64,000 nt of DNA from Alphaproteobacteria bacterium (GTDB taxonomy: Bacteria > Pseudomonadota > Alphaproteobacteria > UBA8366), in the NCBI GenBank assembly GCA_021774335.1, contig JAJFJD010000005.1, positions 17,632-81,631 of the forward strand, in the 5' to 3' direction. The stretch's first letter is position 1; the number at the start of each line of letters is the position of its first letter. The notes under the pieces are model-generated. The model ran no database searches. It was not told the origin of the DNA and saw only the letters and a list, made by a program, of their open reading frames with translations. The position numbers and the translations under genes are program-made. Below are positions 1-7,830 of the stretch, piece after piece.

Positions 1-369
1 AAGGAAGCCGGATGCTTTGTTAACGACTTTCCGGACCACGATTGTCTGTTTGACGCTACCCGGTGTGTTGATGTTCCGAAGTGCACCGACGTAGGTCTTG
101 GCTTTGCTGCCGATGCCCTTGGCCAAGTTCACCGCCTCGCCGACAACAACAACATTCTTGACCGAACCGCCGACCTTGACGTTGTCACCGACGGTGCCGA
201 TCGATTGTGTGGCTTTAGAGCCGATGCCGGAAGCCTTGTTGGTCGCGTTTCCAACGACAGATACGTTGACCAGGTTGCCGCCAACTTCAACGTTGCCGGC
301 AAAGCTGGGGCTGGCAGCAACGAGAACGGCTAGGATGCTGGCCGTCAATATTCTGCTTTTTAATGTCAT
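1..369 (-). CDS. Secreted Gly/Val/Asn-rich repeat protein, paralog A (C-terminus runs off the left window edge)
   Basis: Absent from the ORF track because it is open at the window edge. ATG at 369-367 is preceded by AAAGGA. Translation starts MTLKSRILTASILAVLVAASPSFAG (signal-peptide-like), followed by repeats of the type VxVGGxxxNVxVVGxAxNxAxGIGSKA. Clear paralog of 623..934. Confidence 0.6.
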   Translation of the reverse strand, partial: MTLKSRILTASILAVLVAASPSFAGNVEVGGNLVNVSVVGNATNKASGIGSKATQSIGTVGDNVKVGGSVKNVVVVGEAVNLAKGIGSKAKTYVGALRNINTPGSVKQTIVVRKVVNKASGFL

Positions 370-412
370 TGTTTCATTTCCTTTGCGTTCTTTGTGCGAC
401 CTGAATTGGAGG

Positions 413-450
413 TCTCTCTACTACAAACGGGCGGCATGCCGGGATGGGGT
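413..450 (-). promoter_or_regulatory. Conserved upstream block shared by the two paralogous repeat-protein genes (copy A)
   Basis: Plus-strand tctctactacaaacgg..gcggcatgccgggatggggt lies 45-80 nt upstream of the ATG at 369. A near-identical block (tctctacaaacgg..cggcggcatgaggggt) sits at the equivalent distance from the gene 623..934. Confidence 0.35.
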
Positions 451-542
451 CAAACAAATCGAAATAAATTGGCGTCGAGCCTGTTTGTGGTTGAGAGAAC
501 CGATGGGCCGGCCGATGAACGGATCAGAATCCTTCAATGTGA

Positions 543-577
543 AAACGGACCCGGGCGTATTTCGACCGGGTCCGTTT
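543..577 (-). terminator. Hairpin downstream of 623..934 (weak intrinsic terminator candidate)
   Basis: Perfect 12-bp arms aaacggacccgg / ccgggtccgttt with an 11-nt loop. On the minus strand the 3' arm ends in UUU followed by UC only, so the U-tract is poor. Confidence 0.35.
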
Positions 578-622
578 CGAGCCGATAGTTCATTTCGGCT
601 GGTTGAGGTTTGTTTGATGGAG

Positions 623-934
623 TTAGCACTTCTTGCCGATGGAGCCGACTTCCTGGCATGCCTCGGCGAGAAAGCCCGCCGTGTTTGTGGCTGCGCCGGT
701 TACCACACCGACGTTCAACAGGTTGCCACCAACCTTTACGTTGCTGTCGCCGCTGATGACGCCGATACCCTGGTCGGCCTTGGCGAGGAAGCCCGCCGTG
801 TTGGTCGCCGCGCCGGTCACGACACCGACGTTCAGTGCGTTCCCGCCGATCTCGATGTCACCGGCGAATGCGGTGCTGGTGGCCATCAGGGCGAAAACGG
901 CTGCGGCGGCGAGGGATTTGATCTTGGTGGTCAT
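623..934 (-). CDS. Small secreted repeat protein, paralog B (103 aa)
   Basis: AGGAGA lies 7 nt before the ATG. N-terminal signal peptide MTTKIKSLAAAAVFALMATSTAFAG. Internal duplication with the identical 17-mer NVGVVTGAATNTAGFLA present twice. C-terminal CQEVGSIGKKC Cys pair. Confidence 0.7.
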   Translation of the reverse strand: MTTKIKSLAAAAVFALMATSTAFAGDIEIGGNALNVGVVTGAATNTAGFLAKADQGIGVISGDSNVKVGGNLLNVGVVTGAATNTAGFLAEACQEVGSIGKKC

Positions 935-987
935 GGTCTCTGTCTCCTGAAGTTTGTGATCCGAGTGAAGCGCTGTTCGCTTCCCTT

Positions 988-1024
988 ATCTCTACAAACG
1001 GAGACCGGCGGCATGAGGGGTTAG
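988..1024 (-). promoter_or_regulatory. Conserved upstream block (copy B)
   Basis: Plus-strand atctctacaaacggagaccggcggcatgaggggtta lies 54-90 nt upstream of the ATG at 934 and matches the block at 413-450. Confidence 0.35.
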
Positions 1025-1280
1025 ACGGCGGGAAATTTTTCTCGGTACTGAAGATTTCTTGGGGCTTAGTTTGACCCTCGGCGCAACGACACTTTGGTAA
1101 AGGTCATAAGCGACAGTTGGGCTTGGCCGCTGGGATGTCCGTTCCTGGGTGTAAAGCAGACCCAGCTAAAGAGCACCAAGATGTCCGCTAATAGCCAAAA
1201 GGCGACTATTTGACTTTCGCCGAATTGTCAGTCGATGTACGGCCCATGACGCTAGAATTGGCAACTGACAGATAACCGGC

Positions 1281-1481
1281 ATGCATGACTGGTACGGCTT
1301 CGCGATTTGGCTTGGCGTTTTGTTCATTGTGCTGCCGGCCCTAGCCGGAGGTGCAATTGGTTTTGCTCTCTATCGCCGAAAGCTCCGGGGCGGGGGAGCG
1401 AGCCTACAGGGCATAATTGGCGGCGCTGTTATAGGAGCCGCCGCTGGAGGAGGGTTAGCTGTGCTCCTGTTTGCATATTAA
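1281..1481 (+). CDS. Small two-TM glycine-zipper-like membrane protein (hypothetical)
   Basis: 66-aa ORF with two hydrophobic, Gly-rich segments (GIIGGAVIGAAAGGGLAVLLFAY). No clear SD sequence. Lies inside the AT-richer island. Confidence 0.4.
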   Translation: MHDWYGFAIWLGVLFIVLPALAGGAIGFALYRRKLRGGGASLQGIIGGAVIGAAAGGGLAVLLFAY

Positions 1482-1562
1482 GGTCCTGAAGCAATCGTCC
1501 TCAGTCCGCCCTGCTATCGTTAGGGTCTCTCCTCGAATTAGGGTATAACCAGCCCCTTCAAA

Positions 1563-2537
1563 ATGCTGACCAACACCGCACAGGGACCGGCCTTGTACTA
1601 CGAGAAACTGTCGAAGGAGCTTGAAGCGCTTTTCGGAGCGCCGGTCACGGTCAATGCTGAGAGCATCACCATTGGCGATAGGACATGCTCCATCGTCGAT
1701 GACGTAATCATATTGACCGATATTGATTCAGCAGAGCCAGACAAGAAACAGGTTATCGATTCCTTCGGCAGAGAGTGGGAGAGCTTTTCCGACCGCAAGC
1801 CAGAACACGAGAAGGAATTTCACGACTACTTCGATCTAATCGACCTTCAAGCTCTTGAGGGGAAGACCTGTGCAGACTTCGGATGTGGCATGGGCAGGTG
1901 GTCTCAAATTCTTCTAGAGAAGGTCCAACTCCAAACCTTGGTCGCAGTGGACTACTCGGATGCAATCTTCGTTGCCCGTAATAATCTGCGTGATCACCCA
2001 AACATAATTTTCATCAAGGCCGATCTCGAAACGATTTCGTTTACGTCGGATGCCCTCGACTTCTCGTATTGCCTTGGTGTACTGCATCACATCCCTAGTG
2101 GGGTCGAGACAGCGGCAAAGAATATTGCTAGCTGCTCAAAGGAACACCTCTGCTACCTCTACTATGACTTTGAGAATCGAGGGGTTGCATTCAGGACGCT
2201 ATTCAAGCTGGCCGATCTAATTCGTGTGGTCACTGCTCAGATAAACTCAGAAGCGCTGCGGGTGTTTCTGTCGCACGTATTGACGATTTTCGCGTACTAC
2301 CCGTTCGTGTTGATTGCCGGTCTCATGAAACGATTGGGCCTCAACAACTCGATGGTTCCGTTGTTCTACTACGCCGGCTGTAGCTACGAGCGCATCCGGC
2401 AAGATGCTTATGATCGCTTCTTCACGCCTGTGGAACTTCGGTTTAGTCGGCAACGGATCAACAACATATTCCGACGCCTCTACAGCAATGTGACTATCTC
2501 AGAGAACTTGCCGTATTGGCACTTTCTTTGCCGTTAG
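1563..2537 (+). CDS. Class I SAM-dependent methyltransferase (small-molecule/protein type, not a DNA MTase)
   Basis: Motif I DFGCGMGRWS and post-II motif CLGVLHHIP are typical of the Methyltransf_11/23-like fold. No DPPY/NPPY motif. The 3' end overlaps the convergent recombinase gene by 44 bp. Confidence 0.8.
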   Translation: MLTNTAQGPALYYEKLSKELEALFGAPVTVNAESITIGDRTCSIVDDVIILTDIDSAEPDKKQVIDSFGREWESFSDRKPEHEKEFHDYFDLIDLQALEGKTCADFGCGMGRWSQILLEKVQLQTLVAVDYSDAIFVARNNLRDHPNIIFIKADLETISFTSDALDFSYCLGVLHHIPSGVETAAKNIASCSKEHLCYLYYDFENRGVAFRTLFKLADLIRVVTAQINSEALRVFLSHVLTIFAYYPFVLIAGLMKRLGLNNSMVPLFYYAGCSYERIRQDAYDRFFTPVELRFSRQRINNIFRRLYSNVTISENLPYWHFLCR

Positions 2538-4167
2538 TGGCAACTGTTGTGCCACCCGGTAGATTCGCTTCAGTGACTTTGATCGCGTCTATGATCAACT
2601 CATTCAAAGCCTTGTCGTGAATTTTCCCATACGCAGCCAGCACGCAAATTGGATCTAGAGAGTCTGTCCGGTAGATTTCTATAGATGGTCGATTCTCTTC
2701 GAATAATCGAATTGTCTTCGGCTTAATTTCGTCACGTGGCAAAATGAAGTAGGAGACGATGTTCTTGTTTTCATCGTCCATGAGGGCGACAGCGACAATA
2801 TCGATCTTTGATCTGCGCGTCGGACAAATTTGCCAATATTTTTTGCCTGACTTAATTGCGTGCTGTTGAGTAACCATAAAATTAATCGTGATGCTTCCCT
2901 CAATTATTATTGAGGTGTGACGCTTTGTTATGACCGCATGTTGACCATTTCGCCGAATTTTCTCCGCTGTAGTCTTGGTAATCGCCAATCGCAATTCGTG
3001 AAGGGTATGTTGAGTATCCGGGTTCCAATACGCTCGAGGGGATTGGTAACCGACTAACTTATAGGCGCGAAGCAGTCCGCCAAATCGTTGTCCATAGGTG
3101 GTGACGCTGGGGATTCGAGGATCTGTTTGGATGAGTTTCCAGTCCAAATACTGGTGCTCTGACAGCAATACTCTAAGGCCATCGAGCATTTCGTCATCTG
3201 TTGAAAAAGCCCTTTGTTTAGGAAAAGCGTTTTGGACACGCTCAAAGAGTTCTTTGCTAACGATCGCTTTGCAAACGCCATCGACGCGAACCCAGGCGCT
3301 CGGATCATTTATTACCCGAGCGCCACCAAGTTTTTGTGATTTCTTATTCCAAATTTTATTACCGATGTAGATCTCGTTACGGAGCATTTTCCCGAGTAAA
3401 TTATTCCCCCATTTCCTTCGCTTTGCCGCTGGGAGCTTGCTCCTTTGCAGACTACGGTCAATGCTGCCAAGTGATTTACCCGAGGCAAATTCTTCGAAAA
3501 CCCAACGTACAAGTTTGATCTCGTCACTCGGGCCTGGAACAAAGATCGTTCTGTCTGTTGCAAGAGCTTTCGCTTCGCCAGCTTCCATAAGTGTTTTGCG
3601 AGTGCCATCAGGTCCGACGATCAGTCTCCGAAACCCAAAGTTTGTTGTTCCGTTTGTATGGAATCCTTCTCTCGATGCACGCTGCTGTCCGCGGAAAACT
3701 CGGCTGGAGAGGTCGCGGCTATATTCCGCTGCCATCAAACGCTTCATGTTTTTGACTAACGTTGCCGTTGGGCTTCCGTCATTATCAAATTGCTCTCCGC
3801 AGTACTCCACATGAATACCGGATTGACGGCATAGAAATTCGTAGTGTGCACTCTCATCAGTGTCTTGGAAGCGGCCCCAACGACTGACGTCGAAGACGAG
3901 GATAATTGAGAAATCAGCAGCGTTAGACATCACGTCCTGGAGTAGCTGCTTGAGTGCGTCTCGCTTCGCGAGGCTCAAGCCGCTCTTGCCTTGATCGGCG
4001 TATGTCCGGACGATTTCAATGCCGTACCGTTCAGCATACTCATTCAACGCGTTTATTTGGTTCTGAATCGCGTATCGTTGGTGCTCAGTGGAAACTCGTA
4101 CGTATTGGGCTGCGCGTCTCAGATCGGTTCCCGTGGACCGAGCTTCGTCCGAAATTATCGACTCCAT
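2494..4167 (-). CDS. Large serine recombinase (resolvase/invertase N-domain plus recombinase domain)
   Basis: N-terminus RAAQYVRVSTEHQ...YADQGKSGLSLAKRDALKQLL...VFDVSRWGR is the catalytic Ser resolvase domain, followed by a long recombinase-domain extension. Start set at the ATG (M13 of the track ORF, which begins at a TTG at 4203). Confidence 0.9.
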   Translation of the reverse strand: MESIISDEARSTGTDLRRAAQYVRVSTEHQRYAIQNQINALNEYAERYGIEIVRTYADQGKSGLSLAKRDALKQLLQDVMSNAADFSIILVFDVSRWGRFQDTDESAHYEFLCRQSGIHVEYCGEQFDNDGSPTATLVKNMKRLMAAEYSRDLSSRVFRGQQRASREGFHTNGTTNFGFRRLIVGPDGTRKTLMEAGEAKALATDRTIFVPGPSDEIKLVRWVFEEFASGKSLGSIDRSLQRSKLPAAKRRKWGNNLLGKMLRNEIYIGNKIWNKKSQKLGGARVINDPSAWVRVDGVCKAIVSKELFERVQNAFPKQRAFSTDDEMLDGLRVLLSEHQYLDWKLIQTDPRIPSVTTYGQRFGGLLRAYKLVGYQSPRAYWNPDTQHTLHELRLAITKTTAEKIRRNGQHAVITKRHTSIIIEGSITINFMVTQQHAIKSGKKYWQICPTRRSKIDIVAVALMDDENKNIVSYFILPRDEIKPKTIRLFEENRPSIEIYRTDSLDPICVLAAYGKIHDKALNELIIDAIKVTEANLPGGTTVATNGKESANTASSLR

Positions 4168-4273
4168 TGCTTGCAATCCCGTGTAGCGAAAGCAGTAACG
4201 CAAGGTTGCAAATCACAGTCTGAAAACCGTACGGGGAATGATATGAGGGTACAAGGAATATGGGGGATGCAGA

Positions 4274-4471
4274 ATGTCGGGAATAGAACACTCGGTGATC
4301 ACGGTTCGGGAAACGTTGAGTGTGGACGTAATCGATGAGAAGGGGATTGCCGTCATGTTTCTAAGTGCTGACGACACTGAATATATCGTTCAACTGCCTT
4401 TCGATGAAGCTAGCGGCCTAGCCGAGATGATCACCATTGCGCTGACGAGAGTGCAACCACAGCGCACGTAG
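4274..4471 (+). CDS. Hypothetical 65-aa protein divergent from the recombinase gene
   Basis: GGGGGA lies 6 nt before the ATG. Acidic small protein with no recognisable motif. Its position would suit an accessory or directionality factor, but that is only inference. Confidence 0.4.
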   Translation: MSGIEHSVITVRETLSVDVIDEKGIAVMFLSADDTEYIVQLPFDEASGLAEMITIALTRVQPQRT

Positions 4472-4650
4472 ACACAATCCAATTGGATGCCCGAGCCGCA
4501 ACATCTGCTTTGGGTCAGCAGCGGACATTGTGCGCATTCGCTCAGATGTCCGCTATCGAGGGTAAAGCGGACCGAAACCAAAAGAAAGAAGACATCGCTG
4601 GAGTATCCAAATCCGACGGAAGATTAAGGCCGTTTTTCGTTGCGACTAAG

Positions 4651-4700
4651 TCCCTGTTCCTCTGATTCATTTCCCTGTTCTCCTGCAAAACCTCCCTGTT
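4651..4700 (+). repeat. Three direct TCCCTGTT repeats phased exactly 21 bp apart
   Basis: TCCCTGTT at 4651-4658, 4672-4679 and 4693-4700. Units 1 and 2 extend to TCCCTGTTCYYCTG. Confidence 0.7.
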
Positions 4701-4790
4701 TTGCCCTTTAGGGAACCCAAAATTTCGTTACCGAAAACCAATGACTTATGTGGCGCGCAGATACGTCATGGTTGCCGAATCCGCCTAAAA

Positions 4791-4819
4791 TCCCTGTATA
4801 TTCCCTAAGCAACAGGGAA
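4791..4819. repeat. Inverted pair of the same motif (TCCCTGT ... ACAGGGA)
   Basis: tccctgta at 4791-4798. aacagggaa at 4811-4819 is the reverse complement of TTCCCTGTT. The arms are separated by a 14-nt spacer that contains ttcccta. Confidence 0.6.
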
Positions 4820-5094
4820 ACCGGCAGAGACTGGTTCGCCCCAGACTCCGTGCTCCACCACTATTCTCTATTTAATATCAATCTATTATAATGGACGTGC
4901 CGGCGCCGGTACGCCCGACGCGACTGCGTATGCTCTTGGTGGAAAACAGCGCCTGCCACCGTGGCGCAATCGGCGGTTGGCGAGTAGGATTCCGCGAAAC
5001 AAGTCATCCGGAAGAGTCGACTTCCGTTTTGCAGACAACAGCCGGCACGTGGATGGTTTAATCCAACGCGCGCCATAAACCGTGGGAGCACATC

Positions 5095-5526
5095 ATGGAT
5101 TCGTTGATTGGGATATGGCGCCTCGTCGAGGGCAAGGCCTGGGACGAAGATGGGAACAGCCTTTCGCCGCCGTATGGCGCGTGTCCGATGGGACAGATTG
5201 TCTTTACCGCTGAGGGCCGGATGCTGGCTGCCTTGTGCAACGGCGATACGGACGTCGGAAATGAAACTGACCGTGGCTACAGTTCGTACGGGGGCGTCTG
5301 TACCTTACGCGGCACCACCCTGACCACCGACGTCGATATTGCTTCCGATACCCGGCGGATTGGCGGCCAGCAAGTTCGGGAAGCGTTTCTCGACGGCGAC
5401 CGACTGCTGCTGCGGCCGCCGCTGCGGGCCTATAACGGAACGAAACAGCAGCGCGAGCTTCTGTGGCAGCGAATCTGGCGTCCATCGGACGATGGCGACC
5501 AGGGATCAAATGATCGGCAAAAATAA
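5095..5526 (+). CDS. Lipocalin-like domain protein (hypothetical)
   Basis: GGGAG SD. N-terminus LIGIWRLVEGKAWDEDGN...PYG..PMGQIVFTAEGRM and later GGQQVREAFLDGDRLLL resemble the bacterial lipocalin-like beta-barrel family. Confidence 0.65.
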   Translation: MDSLIGIWRLVEGKAWDEDGNSLSPPYGACPMGQIVFTAEGRMLAALCNGDTDVGNETDRGYSSYGGVCTLRGTTLTTDVDIASDTRRIGGQQVREAFLDGDRLLLRPPLRAYNGTKQQRELLWQRIWRPSDDGDQGSNDRQK

Positions 5527-5614
5527 TCGTTCCTTGCGATAGCGGGATCGTTGGCTTGTCTCGCAAGATCCACCTTCACCTTTGCTTCGGCAACAGGTAC
5601 GTCGGTATCTGATT

Positions 5615-5893
5615 CTACGTCCTGCCCGACAGCGCACGCTCCTCTTCTTCGGCAGCTGCGATTGCCCTCTGCAGTGCGTCGCTCAGCGCCTTGGCGGAGT
5701 CGAGCGATAGTTCGACCGCGGCCCGCGCCTCGGCGCCGAGCGAGCGATTCACGAAATCGATGGTGATGGCGTCATCAAACAGGGCGTGGTGCGGATGGTC
5801 GTAGGACACCACCGAATGGGTGAGCGCAAACCATCCGTCACCGCCTTTGCCGGCGCCGTCCGCGTCGACGATTTCAACGATCGAGGTGCACAT
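5615..5893 (-). CDS. Hypothetical protein beginning MCT (resembles the DUF6295-type family from memory)
   Basis: 92 aa with genome-typical codon usage. Starts 8 nt after the stop of the upstream hydrolase gene, so probably co-transcribed. Motifs MCTSIVEIV..GAGKGGDGWF...YDHP. Confidence 0.55.
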   Translation of the reverse strand: MCTSIVEIVDADGAGKGGDGWFALTHSVVSYDHPHHALFDDAITIDFVNRSLGAEARAAVELSLDSAKALSDALQRAIAAAEEEERALSGRT

Positions 5894-5901
5894 CCCGGCG
5901 G

Positions 5902-6648
5902 CTATTCGGCGATGTGTTTTTGCAGGAACGCGAAGACCTTTTGCCAGCCATCGAGCGCCTGCTCGATGCGGTACATGGGCCGGTCGTAATAGAAAAATCC
6001 GTGCCCGGCGCCGTCGTATCGGTGGAACTCGTAGTCTTTGTCGTGCTTCTTGAGTTCGGCCTCGTGTTGATCCACCTGTTCCGGAGTCGGCGAACGGTCC
6101 TCGTTACCGAAGAGGCCGAGTAACGGGCAGGAAAGGTCTTTGGTAAACTCGATCGGCGCTTTCGGCTGCTTGTCCGTCAGCTCCTCCTCACTCATCACCA
6201 CGCGGCCGCCCCACAACTCGACCACGGCGTCGATGCTCTTGGTGTGGCAGGCAAAGAGGAACGCCTGCCGCCCGCCCGAGCAAGACCCGATCACGCCGAC
6301 CTTGCCGTTGTGATACGGCTGCGCGCGCAGCCATGCCACCGCGCCCTCGGTGTCGCCGATGACCTGTGCGTCGGGAACGCCACCCTCGGCGCGTACCTTG
6401 GCGGCGATATCGTCGGATTTACCTTCGCCCGCGCGGTGATAGAGGTTGTGGCTAACCGCGGCATAGCCGTGATGGGCAAACTTGCGGGTTGCCTCGCGGT
6501 AAAATTCGTCCCAGCCGGGCGCGTGATGAATCAGAACGATGCCCGGAAAGGGGCCCGGGCCCAACGGCCTCGCGACATAGGCCGAGATTGGCTCATTCTT
6601 GTCGCCGTTGATCGATACGGTCTCCGCAATCATCCCTTCGTATGCCAT
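5902..6648 (-). CDS. Dienelactone hydrolase family protein
   Basis: GPFPGIVLIHHAPGWDEF, nucleophile region GVIGSCSGGR, and C-terminal YDGAGHGF. Start moved to M40 of the track ORF (GAGGT SD). Confidence 0.85.
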   Translation of the reverse strand: MAYEGMIAETVSINGDKNEPISAYVARPLGPGPFPGIVLIHHAPGWDEFYREATRKFAHHGYAAVSHNLYHRAGEGKSDDIAAKVRAEGGVPDAQVIGDTEGAVAWLRAQPYHNGKVGVIGSCSGGRQAFLFACHTKSIDAVVELWGGRVVMSEEELTDKQPKAPIEFTKDLSCPLLGLFGNEDRSPTPEQVDQHEAELKKHDKDYEFHRYDGAGHGFFYYDRPMYRIEQALDGWQKVFAFLQKHIAE

Positions 6649-6831
6649 CGTCGCTACCTCATAGATAAATAAAGTGTATGGGTTCCGCCGCCGTTCGAGC
6701 AGCGTGCGGTCCTCAAGCGTAACACGCCGGCTGTCGTGCGGCGTAACCGCGCCAGCGGGGCTCAAGCATACCTGGTCTGTCCTGTGTCGAATTTTCGAGT
6801 AGAGTGACTAGGTGGATAGGGAGGATCTATC

Positions 6832-7689
6832 ATGCAGCTTGACGTGACAGCGTTGACACCGGGCTTTTGCGCCGAGATCGACGGTGTGGATATAAGCAAA
6901 CCAATCGCGCCGGAAGTCCGTAAGGAAATCCGGGATGCGTTCGACGCCTACTCCGTCCTAGTGTTCCATGACCAGCCGATGGACGATGACACGCAGGTTG
7001 CCTTCAGCCGCTATTTTGGAAGCGCCGAGATCGGCGGCGGCGCCAATCCCGCCGTCGGAACACCGTTTTCTCGTCAGTCCAACCTGGACATCAAGACCGG
7101 CGAGATCATCCCGTCCGATGACCGGCGCATGCACTATCAGAAAGGCAATATGCTTTGGCATATGGATAGTTCGTTCAAGGCGGACTCGTCCTTGTGTTCG
7201 ATTTTGACCGCGCGCGAGGTGCCGCCGGAAGGCGGCAACACCGAGTTCGCGTCCACGCGGTTGGCCTATGAGAGTTTGACCGAGGACGAGAAGGAGAAAC
7301 TCGAGGTATTGGAGGTCGATCACGACATTCGATTTTCGCGTGGTCTGACCGGTTACAAATATGACGAGGCGGCGGGGAAAGGGTTCATCACCGCGCGGCA
7401 TAAACTTGTGCGCACCAATCCGGGAAACGGCCGGAAATCGCTTCTTATCGGCGTCCATGCGATGGCGATCGTTGGATGGGACGAGGGGGAGAGCCGGGCG
7501 CTGCTGGACGACTTGGCCGCCCGTGCCGAGAACGTCATTTACAGTCATAAATGGCGCAACGACGATGTCGTCGTGTGGGACAATCAGGCGGCGGTCCATC
7601 GCGCGACCCCCTTTGACAACACACGGTATCGCCGATTGATGCAGCGAACGACGATTGCGCTCGAAGGTGCCTGGCCGGCAATGGATTAG
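6832..7689 (+). CDS. TauD/TfdA-family Fe(II)/2-oxoglutarate dioxygenase
   Basis: GGGAGG SD. HMDSSF (HxD iron motif), NTEFAST, and VVWDNQAAVHRATPF are typical of TfdA-like dioxygenases. Confidence 0.9.
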   Translation: MQLDVTALTPGFCAEIDGVDISKPIAPEVRKEIRDAFDAYSVLVFHDQPMDDDTQVAFSRYFGSAEIGGGANPAVGTPFSRQSNLDIKTGEIIPSDDRRMHYQKGNMLWHMDSSFKADSSLCSILTAREVPPEGGNTEFASTRLAYESLTEDEKEKLEVLEVDHDIRFSRGLTGYKYDEAAGKGFITARHKLVRTNPGNGRKSLLIGVHAMAIVGWDEGESRALLDDLAARAENVIYSHKWRNDDVVVWDNQAAVHRATPFDNTRYRRLMQRTTIALEGAWPAMD

Positions 7690-7830
7690 TCCGTTGCTGC
7701 CTAAGAAAAATCCGCTTTAGCTCACACGGCCAAACATCGGCATCGACCTACACTTCGTCCCATTTCACTGGACCGGTATTTTTGCTGTATCCTTTGGAGC
7801 AGTCACCGACGGCTAGGAGGGGATTAAGAT

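Larger units (their letters stand above)
1030..4860. mobile_element. AT-richer putative integrated island carrying a large serine recombinase (boundaries approximate)
   Basis: Composition drops (hand count 26/60 G+C at 2641-2700 versus 42/60 at 6301-6360). Contains a serine recombinase, a methyltransferase and small ORFs. The right edge carries phased repeats and a ...GTGCTCCACCA tRNA-like end. No clean flanking direct repeats were identified. Confidence 0.5.

Noticed and set aside
2517-2531. Second exact TGGCAC-N5-TTGC sigma54-type match on the plus strand, at the very end of the methyltransferase ORF.
   Set aside because: It lies inside coding sequence, in the convergent overlap with the recombinase gene. 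No plus-strand gene follows for 1.7 kb, so it would only make antisense RNA to the recombinase. The AT-richer composition here raises the chance expectation. An antisense promoter is possible, but the sequence alone does not support it.
1179-4555. 12-bp direct repeat AGATGTCCGCTA at 1179-1190 and 4544-4555, considered as the island's target-site duplication or att core.
   Set aside because: By rough estimate, a 12-mer shared between two points of a roughly 4-kb region is expected about 0.5 times by chance. The right copy lies about 300 bp inside the compositional boundary. Serine recombinases do not make long duplications. It is mentioned only as a weak candidate site.
4651-4700. Regularly spaced short repeats, considered as a degenerate CRISPR array.
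   Set aside because: The repeats are only 8-14 nt long with 21-bp periodicity, there are only three units, there are no spacer-sized unique segments, and there are no cas genes in the window.
4829-4860. Possible tRNA or two-piece alphaproteobacterial tmRNA acceptor end (ctggttcgcc...gtgctccacca).
   Set aside because: No complementary 5' acceptor strand (GGAGCAC/GGGGCAC) lies at tRNA distance upstream. The T-arm is non-canonical (4-bp stem, 6-nt loop). No tag-peptide reading frame ending in (L/V)AA lies downstream. The only GGAGCAC nearby (5085-5091) is about 225 nt away and doubles as the SD region of the next gene. I kept it only as a possible att remnant, not as an RNA gene.
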